From contig JAXDQS010000010.1 of assembly GCA_034667725.1 (NCBI GenBank), positions 352,001 through 416,000 on the forward strand: a DNA stretch of 64,000 bases. The letters run 5' to 3'. This document shows positions 1 through 8,776 of this stretch, piece after piece (within the stretch, counting starts at the first letter, position 1; each line of letters opens with the position of its first letter). Source of the stretch: Thermoplasmata archaeon (GTDB lineage Archaea > Thermoplasmatota > E2 > JACPAO01 > JAHFTW01). The notes beneath the pieces were generated by a model. It saw only the letters and a program-made list of their open reading frames with translations. It did not search any database and was not told the origin of the DNA. Position numbers and translations under genes: made by a program.

Positions 1-2
1 CC

Positions 3-326
3 TCGGTGCGAGTCCCCACCGACCGCGCCGCCCAGGAGGGCCTGGCCAAGCTGGAGGCGCGCTGGGCCGGCCACCCCAACCTCCACGTCCGCAACCAGTT
101 CGTGTCGCCAGAGGAGTTCGACCTCTGGGTGCTCGCCAGCGACGTGGTGGCGCTGCCCTACACCTCGACGTTCTCGTCGGGGGTCGCCGCCCGCGCCCGC
201 CTGCTGGGCCGCCGCATCCTCGCGGCCGCCGTGGGCGGGCTGCCGGAGCAGCTCGGCCCCGGCGACCTCGCCTACGACGGCCCCGACGGGCTGCGCGCCG
301 CGTTCCGCGCCATCGCGGCCTCGTAG
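3..326 (+). CDS. Glycosyltransferase (GT-B/GT4), C-terminal part, 5'-truncated by window edge
   Basis: SDVVALPY..FSSGV and AAAVGGLPEQL resemble the GT4 nucleotide-sugar-binding C-terminal domain. Confidence 0.75.
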   Translation, partial: SVRVPTDRAAQEGLAKLEARWAGHPNLHVRNQFVSPEEFDLWVLASDVVALPYTSTFSSGVAARARLLGRRILAAAVGGLPEQLGPGDLAYDGPDGLRAAFRAIAAS

Positions 327-1366
327 ACCGCCAGCGTGCCCTGCGCGGTGCGCGTCCAGGTGAACTGGCGGGCGTGCGCCAGCCGCTCGGCCCGCGGCGG
401 GAACCGCGCGGTGCCGGCGTGGAGGGCGGCCAGCTCGGCGCCGATGGCGCCGGCGTCGAGCGCGACGTAGCGCGCCGCGTCGCCCAGCACCTCGCGGTGC
501 GGCGGGATGTCGCTGGCCAGCACGCGGGCGCCGCACGCCAGCGCCTCCAGCGGCGGCAGCCCGAAGCCCTCCGCCATGGAGGGATGCACCACGACGTCGG
601 CGTGCGCGTAGAGCGCGCGCAGCGTCGGCTCGTCCACCTGCCCCAGCGCGACGTAGCGGCCTTCCTTGGCCAGCCGTTCCGCGAACGGCCGCAGCCGCTC
701 GCCGGCGAGGCGGTGCGCGGGCGGCGGGATCCAGCGGCCGGCGTGCACCAGGCGGACGAACGGCAGCGCCAGCGCGGCCTCGGCCACCAGGTCCACCCGC
801 TTGCGCAGCTCGGCGTTCATCACGACGAGGACGTTGAGCATCCCGTCCTGGAACGCGGCGGGCCGCTCGCCGGGCTCGGGGTGGAACCGGGCGTGGTCCA
901 CGCCTTGCGGCACGACATGGATGCGCGCCGGGTCGGCCTGGGCGGGGAAGCAGCGCAGAATCTCCTGCCTGGAGTGCTCGGTCGGCGTCACGATGCGGCT
1001 GTGGCGCAAGGCGCGGCGCAGCAGGCGGCGGTGGTGGCGCAGGCCGCGGGCGGTGAGGCCGTACAGCTCGGGCCGCGCCACCGGCATGACGTCGTGGACC
1101 GTGATGACGTCGGCCGGCACCAGGGGCGGGTTGTAGTAGTACTGCGTGGCGTGCACCAGGTGGCGCCGCACCACGGGCAGCAAGGTCGAGGCGCGGAGGG
1201 TGAGGATGCCGCCGACCCGCAGCGGCCCTATGCGCCACTCGCGGTAGAACGGGATGTGGGGCCGCACGTCCACGCCGAGGGACCGGAGCCCGGCCACCAG
1301 CGCCTCGGAGTAGCGGGTGGTGCCGTCCCAGCCTTTGGTGCGCAGGTAGTGGACCGTGACCTTCAT
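272..1366 (-). CDS. GT4 family glycosyltransferase
   Basis: PSMAEGFGLPPLEALACG...SDIPPHREV signature; start placed at ATG 1366 (MKVTVHY). Confidence 0.9.
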   Translation of the reverse strand: MKVTVHYLRTKGWDGTTRYSEALVAGLRSLGVDVRPHIPFYREWRIGPLRVGGILTLRASTLLPVVRRHLVHATQYYYNPPLVPADVITVHDVMPVARPELYGLTARGLRHHRRLLRRALRHSRIVTPTEHSRQEILRCFPAQADPARIHVVPQGVDHARFHPEPGERPAAFQDGMLNVLVVMNAELRKRVDLVAEAALALPFVRLVHAGRWIPPPAHRLAGERLRPFAERLAKEGRYVALGQVDEPTLRALYAHADVVVHPSMAEGFGLPPLEALACGARVLASDIPPHREVLGDAARYVALDAGAIGAELAALHAGTARFPPRAERLAHARQFTWTRTAQGTLAVYEAAMARNAARSPSGPS

Positions 1367-1460
1367 CGGCGCTCGCTCGCACCTTGCGCCTGCATTTGGC
1401 CGTGTGGGCCGGGCGGCGGCGACCACGCAAGCCTTTCAGGGTGGGGCAGGTCCGCTGGGC

Positions 1461-2237
1461 GTGGAGAGCTTCGGGGGCTACCTCCGCATCGTCCGCAAGC
1501 GCGGGCCCCAGCCCTACTGGACCCCCATCGCGCCGGTCCATCGGCTGTTCTCCTACCCGCTGTCGTACCTCTACTGCGCCTTGGGCCTCACGCCGCTGGC
1601 CGTCACCTTGCTCGGCCTCGCCGTCGCCGTCGCGGGCGCCACCCTCGTGCTCGGCTCCCCCCTCGGCGGCTGGCAGCTCTGGACGGGCCTCGCCTTGCTG
1701 AACCTCGGCGTCGTCCACGACGCCTGCGACGGCGAGGTGGCCCGCTGGCGCATCCACCACCGCCTCCAGTCGCCCAAGACGTACCGCGTCGGGATGTTCG
1801 CCGACTTCTGGGCCTACGCCATCGTCGTCCAGGCCCTCCTGCCCGCCGTCCTAGGCTACGTCGCGTTCCAGCGCGGCGCTCCCGTCGCGCTGGCCTGGCT
1901 CGGCGCCGCGGCCGCCTTCATGCTGCTTGCGGCCTACGTCGCGGGCTTCGCGCGGCCGGCCTACTGGCCGGGCCGCGGCCCGTCGCCGGCCGACGAGTCG
2001 TTCAGCTTCGCGGCCGGCGGGCCGCCGTGGCTCCGGCTCGCGCGCAAGGCCTACTTCCAGGTCTTCGAGACCGCGATGTTCACGTTCCACGCCACGGTCG
2101 TGGTGGGGGCCTGGACCGTGGTGGGCGGCGCGCCGCCATGGGCCATCGGCTACGTCGCGTTCGTCGGCGCCGCCCTGACGGCCGCCTTCCTGGTCGGCCT
2201 GGCCCAGACCCTGCGCCGCTTCGACCAGGAGGGCTGA
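1461..2237 (+). CDS. CDP-alcohol phosphotransferase family membrane protein
   Basis: DACDGEVAR...GMFAD motif, several TM segments; GTG start inferred. Confidence 0.8.
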   Translation: MESFGGYLRIVRKRGPQPYWTPIAPVHRLFSYPLSYLYCALGLTPLAVTLLGLAVAVAGATLVLGSPLGGWQLWTGLALLNLGVVHDACDGEVARWRIHHRLQSPKTYRVGMFADFWAYAIVVQALLPAVLGYVAFQRGAPVALAWLGAAAAFMLLAAYVAGFARPAYWPGRGPSPADESFSFAAGGPPWLRLARKAYFQVFETAMFTFHATVVVGAWTVVGGAPPWAIGYVAFVGAALTAAFLVGLAQTLRRFDQEG

Positions 2238-2238
2238 G

Positions 2239-3891
2239 GTGGCCGCGGTCGGCCGCAAGGCGCTGGTGCTGCTGGCCAGCCAGGTCGTCGGCTCCGTCAT
2301 GGGCTATGGCGCCATCCTGGTCATCGGCCGCTACTTCCCGCCGGCGGCCTACGGCGCCTGGGCGGTGGCGTTCGCGGCCGGCTCGCTTTTGGTCATCCTG
2401 ATGAACCTGGGGTTCGGCGAGGCGTTCGTCCACTTCGTCGCGCGCGGCGCCGACACCGGGCGGGCGCTGGGCGTGTTCCTCCGGCTGCGCCTGGCCCTGA
2501 CGGCCCTCACGGTCCTGCTGGTGCTGGCGGCCGCCTGGCTCTACACCGGGCCCTTGGGCGGCGAGCTCACCGACGCCACCACTTGGCCGGTCTTCTGGCT
2601 GGCCTTGGCCACCATGGTGCTGTCGGTCGTGCGCCAGATGCCGCTCGACCTGTGGCTCGGCCGCCAGCAGGTCCACCGCACCGAGGCCATCAAGACCCTG
2701 GACACCGCGCTCAACCTCGTGCTGCTGGCGGCCCTCGGCGTCGCGCTGGCCGCCCAGGAAGGCCGCTGGACCCCGGTGGGCCCCCTCGCGCCCGCGCTGG
2801 CGGACCTGCTCGGCGTCACCCGGCCGTGGAGCGTGCCCGAGATTGCCATCGGCCTGGCGCTGTGCACCCTTGCCGCCAAGGCGGCCACGCTGCTGCCGAC
2901 CTTGGCCTGGTGGTCGCGCGACCGCGTTCCGCCCGGCCCTTGGGACCGGAAGCTGGCCCGCCAACACTGGGACTACGCGCGCCCCATCGCGCTCGCCGGC
3001 GCCGTCGCCATCGCGCTCGGCGCCACCGACATCATCATGCTCGGCTTCTTCCACACCACGGCCGACACCGGCCTCTACGGGATGGCGCAACGGGTCTCCG
3101 GCCTGGCCCTGCTGGCCGCCACCGCCGTCGGCACCATCCTGCTGCCGTTCTTTTCGCAGGTGCTGGGCGGCGGCCGGCACGCCGAGGCCGCCCGCGCCCT
3201 CGGCCTCGCCGAACGCTACCTGCTCATCCTCACCCTCCCGGTCGCGGCCGCCTTCGTGGCGCTGCCCGGCCCCGTGCTGCACGTCGCCGTCGGCGACCAG
3301 TACCTCGACGCCGCCGTCCCGCTTGCCATCCTGGGCGGCCTCGCCGTCGTGTTCGCCGCCTCGGTGCCGCTGCGGCTCAAGCTCATGGGCGGCGGCTTCC
3401 CCAAGGAGACGCTGCGGGCCAGCATCCTCAACACGGTGCTCAACGCCCTGCTGAACCTGTGGTTCATCCCCGACGCTCCCGGCCTCGGCCTCAAGGGCGC
3501 CGGCGCCGCCCTCGGCACCCTGCTCTCCACCCTCGTCACCTACGTCTACCTGCGGCTGCGGGTGCGGCGCCACTTCGGCGTCCCCTTCTGGAACGGCCGC
3601 CTGGCCCACATCACGCTCGCCGGCGCTGGCCTGGCGGCCCTCTGGGCCCTGGCCCACCAGTCGCTGGGCGCCAGCGCGTTCGCCCACGCCTGGCAGCTGG
3701 TCGCGTGGGGCGGCGCCGGCACCCTGCTGTTCCTCGGCTGGCTGGTGCTGCTGGGCGAGCTGCGCGGCCCCGACTTGCGCTACTTCGCCAGCCTGGTGTC
3801 GCCGGGAGGCCTGTGGCGCGAGCTGAGCGGCCGCGGCGGCACCCCGCCCGAGGGCGACGACGACCCCCCGATGCCACCCCAAGGCACATAG
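2239..3891 (+). CDS. Oligosaccharide flippase (Wzx/MOP superfamily)
   Basis: Many TM helices, TDIIMLGFF...GLYGMAQR motif, glycosyltransferase context. Confidence 0.85.
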   Translation: MAAVGRKALVLLASQVVGSVMGYGAILVIGRYFPPAAYGAWAVAFAAGSLLVILMNLGFGEAFVHFVARGADTGRALGVFLRLRLALTALTVLLVLAAAWLYTGPLGGELTDATTWPVFWLALATMVLSVVRQMPLDLWLGRQQVHRTEAIKTLDTALNLVLLAALGVALAAQEGRWTPVGPLAPALADLLGVTRPWSVPEIAIGLALCTLAAKAATLLPTLAWWSRDRVPPGPWDRKLARQHWDYARPIALAGAVAIALGATDIIMLGFFHTTADTGLYGMAQRVSGLALLAATAVGTILLPFFSQVLGGGRHAEAARALGLAERYLLILTLPVAAAFVALPGPVLHVAVGDQYLDAAVPLAILGGLAVVFAASVPLRLKLMGGGFPKETLRASILNTVLNALLNLWFIPDAPGLGLKGAGAALGTLLSTLVTYVYLRLRVRRHFGVPFWNGRLAHITLAGAGLAALWALAHQSLGASAFAHAWQLVAWGGAGTLLFLGWLVLLGELRGPDLRYFASLVSPGGLWRELSGRGGTPPEGDDDPPMPPQGT

Positions 3892-3907
3892 GACCCGAGG
3901 AGGTCGC

Positions 3908-4708
3908 GTGGGCGTGGCAGGGCCGGCGAGCCTCATCGTGACGGTGCGCAACGAGGCGCGCCACCTGCGCCACCTGCTGGACTCCATCGCGCCGCAGCAG
4001 GGCATCCGCGAGGTCATCGTCGTCGACGCCATGAGCTCGGACGGCAGCGCCGACATCGCCGAGTCCTACCGGGGCCAGCTCCCCGGCCTGCAAGTGATTC
4101 GCCAGGCGTGCCGGCGCGGCGAGGGCCGCAACCTCGGAGCCCAAAGGGCGACGGGCGACCTGCTGCTGTTCACCGACGGCGACTGCATCGCCAACCCGTT
4201 CTGGGCGCAGCGCCTGGTCGCGGCCTGGGGCGGCGCCCCCGACCGCGTCGTGGCCGGCCAGACCATCCTGACGGGCTACTGGGCGTTCACCAAGCTGCAC
4301 CGGGTCGAGCTGCCCCACCGCGGCCAGGACACCACCTGGCCAAGCTGCAACCTCGCCTATCCCCGCGCCTTGTTCGAGCGGCTCGGCGGCTTCGACCCCG
4401 GCTTCGTCACCGCCGAGGACATCGACCTCAACTTCCGCGCCGTCCGCGCCAACGCCACCATCGTGCACGCCCCGGACGCCATCGTGTACGCCCGCGCCCG
4501 CGACTCGGTCGGCGGCTTCCTCAAGCAGGCCTACTGGAACGGCTACGGCCGCAAGCAGCTCACCCGCAAGCACGGCGGCCTCTGGGCCGACTACAGCCTC
4601 ACCCGGCTCGCCCGCCTGCACGGCGGTTCCCCCTGGGCGTGGCTGCGCATGGGCGCCGGCCTGGTGGGCTACGTCGAGGCCAAGCTGGGACGGCCGCCGG
4701 CGCGCTAA
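3908..4708 (+). CDS. GT2 family glycosyltransferase
   Basis: VRNEA, VVDAMSSDGS, GRNLGA, FTDGDC, GGFD, EDIDL motifs. Confidence 0.9.
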   Translation: MGVAGPASLIVTVRNEARHLRHLLDSIAPQQGIREVIVVDAMSSDGSADIAESYRGQLPGLQVIRQACRRGEGRNLGAQRATGDLLLFTDGDCIANPFWAQRLVAAWGGAPDRVVAGQTILTGYWAFTKLHRVELPHRGQDTTWPSCNLAYPRALFERLGGFDPGFVTAEDIDLNFRAVRANATIVHAPDAIVYARARDSVGGFLKQAYWNGYGRKQLTRKHGGLWADYSLTRLARLHGGSPWAWLRMGAGLVGYVEAKLGRPPAR

Positions 4709-4830
4709 GAGTCTGAAGCATCGGCCCTCTATCCGTTTGGCAATCTGGAGCGTGGAGCCGGCAAGGGCCGGCCGCGCCGCCGGCGTTCGGCTCCAGGCAG
4801 CCAAACGCCAGAGGACGGATGCGGAAGACT

Positions 4831-5586
4831 CTAGCCATACAGGGTCGGATTCAGGATGCGGTAGGCCTCGGCGACCGGCTCCCGCCGCCGGCGCAGCCAA
4901 CCATCCTCGGCCAACAGCAGGTTGCGCCGGTTGTGCGCCACCACGGTGTAGCCGGCATCGCGGCACCAGGACCGCAGCCGCGGGTCGGCGACCGCGTCGG
5001 CGGTCGTCCAGTGATGCGTCTCCACCAGGACGGCGCACGGCCGCCAGCGCCGCGTGTCCAGGCCGGCCAGAATCTCCAGGTCGGACCCCTCGACGTCGAT
5101 CTTCAGCAGCCCAAACCCGCCCGGCGGCAAGTGCCGCTCCAGCACCTCGCCCAAGGTCACGCAGTCCACCTCGATGGCCTCGGCCTGCGATCCGGCCCAG
5201 TCGCCGCGCAGCGTGCTGGTCTCCCCTTGCAGGAAGAACTGGCGCCGGCCGGCCACCACGTCCACCACCGCCGCCACGAACCGGTCCCGCGGCCGGCGCC
5301 GCCGCCAGGCGCGCCGCCAGCGGGCGTCGCCCTCGATGGCCAGCCCCGACCAGCCGCAACGGTACAGCAGGTAGGTGTCCGACGACTCGACGGGGTGGTG
5401 CGCGCCCACGTCCACGTAGGTGCGCGGCGCGTGGCCGTCCAGCAGGTCCATGAGGACCCGGTCCTCGCCTTGGTGCGAGTAGGACCGGCGCTCGGTGGGG
5501 AACCAGCCCGGCAGCGCCCGCTCCAGGCGGTTCAGCACCCGGCCGGCCAGCCAGCGGCCTGGAACCCAAGCGTCGCCGGCGGCCAC
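4831..5586 (-). CDS. FkbM family SAM-dependent methyltransferase (start uncertain)
   Basis: SYSHQGED, YVDVGAHHP, GWSGLAIE, LLKIDVEGSD motifs. Confidence 0.8.
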   Translation of the reverse strand: MAAGDAWVPGRWLAGRVLNRLERALPGWFPTERRSYSHQGEDRVLMDLLDGHAPRTYVDVGAHHPVESSDTYLLYRCGWSGLAIEGDARWRRAWRRRRPRDRFVAAVVDVVAGRRQFFLQGETSTLRGDWAGSQAEAIEVDCVTLGEVLERHLPPGGFGLLKIDVEGSDLEILAGLDTRRWRPCAVLVETHHWTTADAVADPRLRSWCRDAGYTVVAHNRRNLLLAEDGWLRRRREPVAEAYRILNPTLYG

Positions 5587-5680
5587 GAGGCAGCGACCCG
5601 CCGGCTTGCCATGAGGATGCCGGCCCTGCCCACCGTCCCGCGTGGCTAAATGGGACGCCCCGCGTCGCCCGGCCAGCGCC

Positions 5681-6385
5681 ATGCGCGTCACCATCCTCAT
5701 CCCCACCCTCAACGAGGAGGCCGGCATCGGGCCCACGCTGGACCTGGTGGACCGGCAGGCCTTCGCCCAACGGGGATGGGACCTGGAGCTCCTGGTGGTG
5801 GACGGCAACTCAAGGGACCGCACCCGCGCCGAGGCCGAGGCCCGCGGCGCCCGCGTCGTGGTGGAGCCCCGCCGCGGCTACGGCCTCGCCTACAAGCGCG
5901 GCTTCGCCGTCGCCACCGGCGACTGGATCGTCACGGGCGACGCCGACTGCACCTACCCGCTCGACCGCGCCCACCTGCTGGTGGAGGAGGCCATCGAGCG
6001 CGGCCTCGACTTCGCCTCCTGCGACCGCTACGCCACGCTCCAGCCCGGCGCCATGAGCGCCAAGCACCGCTTCGGCAACTTCGTGCTCTCCGTCACAGCA
6101 CGCACCTTGTTCTTCGTCCGCCTCAACGACTCCCAGAGCGGCATGTGGATCCTCCGCCGCGCCGCCCTGGCAAGCGTCCCCTACGAGAAGTTCAGTGATG
6201 GCATGGCCTTCAGCCAGGAGATCAAGATCGACGCCTTCAAGCGGTTCCGCGGCCGCGCCGTCGAGCTGCCGGGCGAGCTGCGGCCCAGGATCGGGACGCC
6301 GGTGCTGCAATCGTACCGCGACGGGCTGCGGAACCTGCGGCTGCTGTTCGCACGGCGCGTGAACGGGAAGTGGCGGAAGGCCTAA
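5681..6385 (+). CDS. GT2 family polyprenol-phosphate glycosyltransferase-like protein
   Basis: IPTLNEE, VDGNSRDRT, RRGYG, DADCTY, DSQSGM motifs. Confidence 0.88.
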   Translation: MRVTILIPTLNEEAGIGPTLDLVDRQAFAQRGWDLELLVVDGNSRDRTRAEAEARGARVVVEPRRGYGLAYKRGFAVATGDWIVTGDADCTYPLDRAHLLVEEAIERGLDFASCDRYATLQPGAMSAKHRFGNFVLSVTARTLFFVRLNDSQSGMWILRRAALASVPYEKFSDGMAFSQEIKIDAFKRFRGRAVELPGELRPRIGTPVLQSYRDGLRNLRLLFARRVNGKWRKA

Positions 6386-6951
6386 GGCTCCGGCAACTCC
6401 GCCGGCCGCAGCGCCTCGAGGTCCGTGCCCACCTCGGCGCACAGCTCGTCATGCAGGCGGCGAATCTTGAGCCAGGCGTGCGGGAGCCCCTTCGCCTGGT
6501 ACTTGGTCTCCAGTTGCGCGAGGGTCAGCCGGCGGTCGCCGCTGTGGAGGTTGTCGGCGTGCGCCACGATGCGCTCCTCCAGGCTGCGCGGCGTGTAGTC
6601 GCCGTCGGGCAGGCCCAGCTGCTTGGCCTCGGCGCGGTCGATGCCGGCGCCGGTATGCCGCTCGACGGCGAGCACGGTGCGCGGGTCCCATTGGCCGTCG
6701 GCGCGCAGCAGGCCGGCGCCGACGGTGGCGTGGTGGATGCCTTGGGTGACGCTGCGGCCGATGTCGTGCAGCAGCGCGCCGGCCTGGACGACGTCGCGCT
6801 CGACCACGAGGCCGTTGCGCTCGGCGGCGTCGGCCATGGCGGCGGCCAGCGCCTCGACGGCGCGGCAGTGGGCCAGCACCCAGGGCGGCGGGGCCGCGGC
6901 CTGGAGGCGGCGCCAGGCCTCACTGCGCGATCTGGGGGAAGTGGGGCGCAA
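6382..6951 (-). CDS. HD-domain phosphohydrolase (TIGR00295-like)
   Basis: H...GALLHDIGR, HHA, ERH.GAG, EERIVAHADNL; directly downstream of tfe. Confidence 0.85.
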   Translation of the reverse strand: MRPTSPRSRSEAWRRLQAAAPPPWVLAHCRAVEALAAAMADAAERNGLVVERDVVQAGALLHDIGRSVTQGIHHATVGAGLLRADGQWDPRTVLAVERHTGAGIDRAEAKQLGLPDGDYTPRSLEERIVAHADNLHSGDRRLTLAQLETKYQAKGLPHAWLKIRRLHDELCAEVGTDLEALRPAELPEP

Positions 6952-7459
6952 GCTCCTCGATGCGCTCCTGGAGGGCCTGCTTGAGCTGGTTGGTGCGGAC
7001 GGCCTCCATCGGCTCGTTGCAGGCGGGGCAGATGAACTGGAGGTCGATGGCGTCCTCGAACAGGATGCGCCGGTGCTGCGACTTGCAGGCGTAGAACTGG
7101 TGGTCCTCCTCGAACTTGAGCTGCTTGCGGAGGTTCAGCAGCTCGTCGGCCCAGCGGCGGCGCAGGATGAACTTGACCTCGTTGAGGTCCAGGTCCCACA
7201 GGAAGGTCTCCCAGCCCTTGGAGTCGGTGTCCTTGGCGTACTCGGCGACGTGCGCCTCCATCATGCGGTAGAGCACCTTGCGCACGGCGCTCGGCTTCTG
7301 CTCCTTGAAGTGGTCCACGATGTCCACGCCGGAGATGTGCGGGTGGTCTTGCAGGAAGTGGGCCAGGCTCATGCCCTCCTCGCCGACCTCCTCGCGGATG
7401 TAGGCCTGGATTTCAGGGTCTTCCAGGGTCGGTTCCCAGTCGTCGTCGCGAACGGTCAT
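6920..7459 (-). CDS. tfe: Transcription initiation factor E (TFE alpha)
   Basis: Winged helix VRKVLYRM, KGWETFLW, coiled coil, Zn ribbon FYAC...H...FICPAC. Confidence 0.9.
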   Translation of the reverse strand: MTVRDDDWEPTLEDPEIQAYIREEVGEEGMSLAHFLQDHPHISGVDIVDHFKEQKPSAVRKVLYRMMEAHVAEYAKDTDSKGWETFLWDLDLNEVKFILRRRWADELLNLRKQLKFEEDHQFYACKSQHRRILFEDAIDLQFICPACNEPMEAVRTNQLKQALQERIEELAPHFPQIAQ

Positions 7460-7502
7460 CAGGTGCGGGCCCAGAAGCGCGCCGGGTCGGGATAACCGTT
7501 TC

Positions 7503-8066
7503 TCACTCCTCGGAGTCGTCGGGGGCCGCCATTGCCGCGCCATCCGCGGCAACCACCCGTTTGCCGTGGGCGGTGGGGACCACCCTGAGCTTGGCGCCGG
7601 GGAACGCGTCGTGCTCCCATGCCCCGCCGCGCAGCCGGTCGAGCAGGAGGGCCAAGGCCGCCACTTCGCTGTGCGGCTGCGACCCGACGGCGACGTTGGC
7701 GTCAGCCATCTGGTAGAGGTCGCCGGGCACCTTCTCGGCGCCGACGACCACCAGCACGTCGCGGCCGTCGGCCAGCACCCGGGGCGCGGCCTCCGACAAG
7801 GGCGTGCCGTACATCGTGAGGTGGACGACCTGGCCGCCGGCCTTCTGCCACGCCGCGACGGCGCCCTTCCAGCCGCCGCCCGACTCGCACGTGAAGCCGC
7901 CGCCGAAGCGGGCGGCCACGGCGTTGACGGTCTGCACGACGCCCATGTCCTCCTCCGCGATGCGGACGCGGGCGGCGCCCAGCGCGCGGGCGGTGAGGGC
8001 GACGTGGGTGGTGATGCGCTTGTCGCGGGCGGGGCGGTGGCCGAGCCGGAGCACCTCGACCCTCAT
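7503..8066 (-). CDS. trm56: tRNA (cytidine56-2'-O)-methyltransferase
   Basis: LRLGHRPARDKRITTHVALTARALGA, VHLTMYG, VGAEKVP, QPHSEVAAL. Confidence 0.95.
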   Translation of the reverse strand: MRVEVLRLGHRPARDKRITTHVALTARALGAARVRIAEEDMGVVQTVNAVAARFGGGFTCESGGGWKGAVAAWQKAGGQVVHLTMYGTPLSEAAPRVLADGRDVLVVVGAEKVPGDLYQMADANVAVGSQPHSEVAALALLLDRLRGGAWEHDAFPGAKLRVVPTAHGKRVVAADGAAMAAPDDSEE

Positions 8067-8731
8067 GGCGCACCCAGGTGGACGGTGACCTCGAGGCGGT
8101 CGCCGTCCTTGCACGGCAGGGCGTCGCGCAGGCGGACGGGGGCGATGAGCTCCAGCGTCGTGGTGTAGTGGCTGCGGTGCGGCAGGATGGTGGCGCACGC
8201 CAATTCGCCGACCGTGGCAGGGTGGCAGGTGACGCCGCCGAAGGTGCGCCCCTCCGCCTGGAAGCCCTCGATGGTGTGGACCGGGTTCCTCCTGAGGTAT
8301 CGGAGCTTGTTGGCCTCTGCGCCGGACAATTCCAGGTTGAGGGTGCCGGGGTAGGGGACCCAGCCGAGGCGGGCCTCGAACTGGCTGACGTAGCCGGGGC
8401 GCGACAGGTAGTAGCGGCCCTCGCCGAGGCCGCCCTTGACGTGGCCGGCAAGCGTCACGCGGTCCTGCGCCTCGAACAGGCGACGGTAGACCAGATGCTC
8501 GGCGCGCAGCAGCTCGCGGCCGGGCTCGGTGATGCGGATGCGTTGGCGCCGGATGCCCATCTCGCGCGTCACGAGGCCGGCGTCGGTGAGCTCGATGAGG
8601 CGGCGGCTTGCCGTCTGCTGCGACAGCCCAAGGAGGGCCGCGAAGTCGCCGGAGGCGAGCTCGACGGCGTCGTCGAGGGCGCCCAGCAGGGCCAGCTGCT
8701 TGAGGGCCTCCACGTCGCTCGGCCGGGTCAC
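8063..8731 (-). CDS. ribK: CTP-dependent riboflavin kinase with N-terminal HTH (RbkR type)
   Basis: SQQTASRRL HTH; GGLGEGRYY, PYPGTLNL, ELIAPVRLR. Confidence 0.93.
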   Translation of the reverse strand: MTRPSDVEALKQLALLGALDDAVELASGDFAALLGLSQQTASRRLIELTDAGLVTREMGIRRQRIRITEPGRELLRAEHLVYRRLFEAQDRVTLAGHVKGGLGEGRYYLSRPGYVSQFEARLGWVPYPGTLNLELSGAEANKLRYLRRNPVHTIEGFQAEGRTFGGVTCHPATVGELACATILPHRSHYTTTLELIAPVRLRDALPCKDGDRLEVTVHLGAP

Positions 8732-8776
8732 GGGCGCGCGGACACGGGGCCTTCGCTTTGGCCTTTTGGCCGTCGC

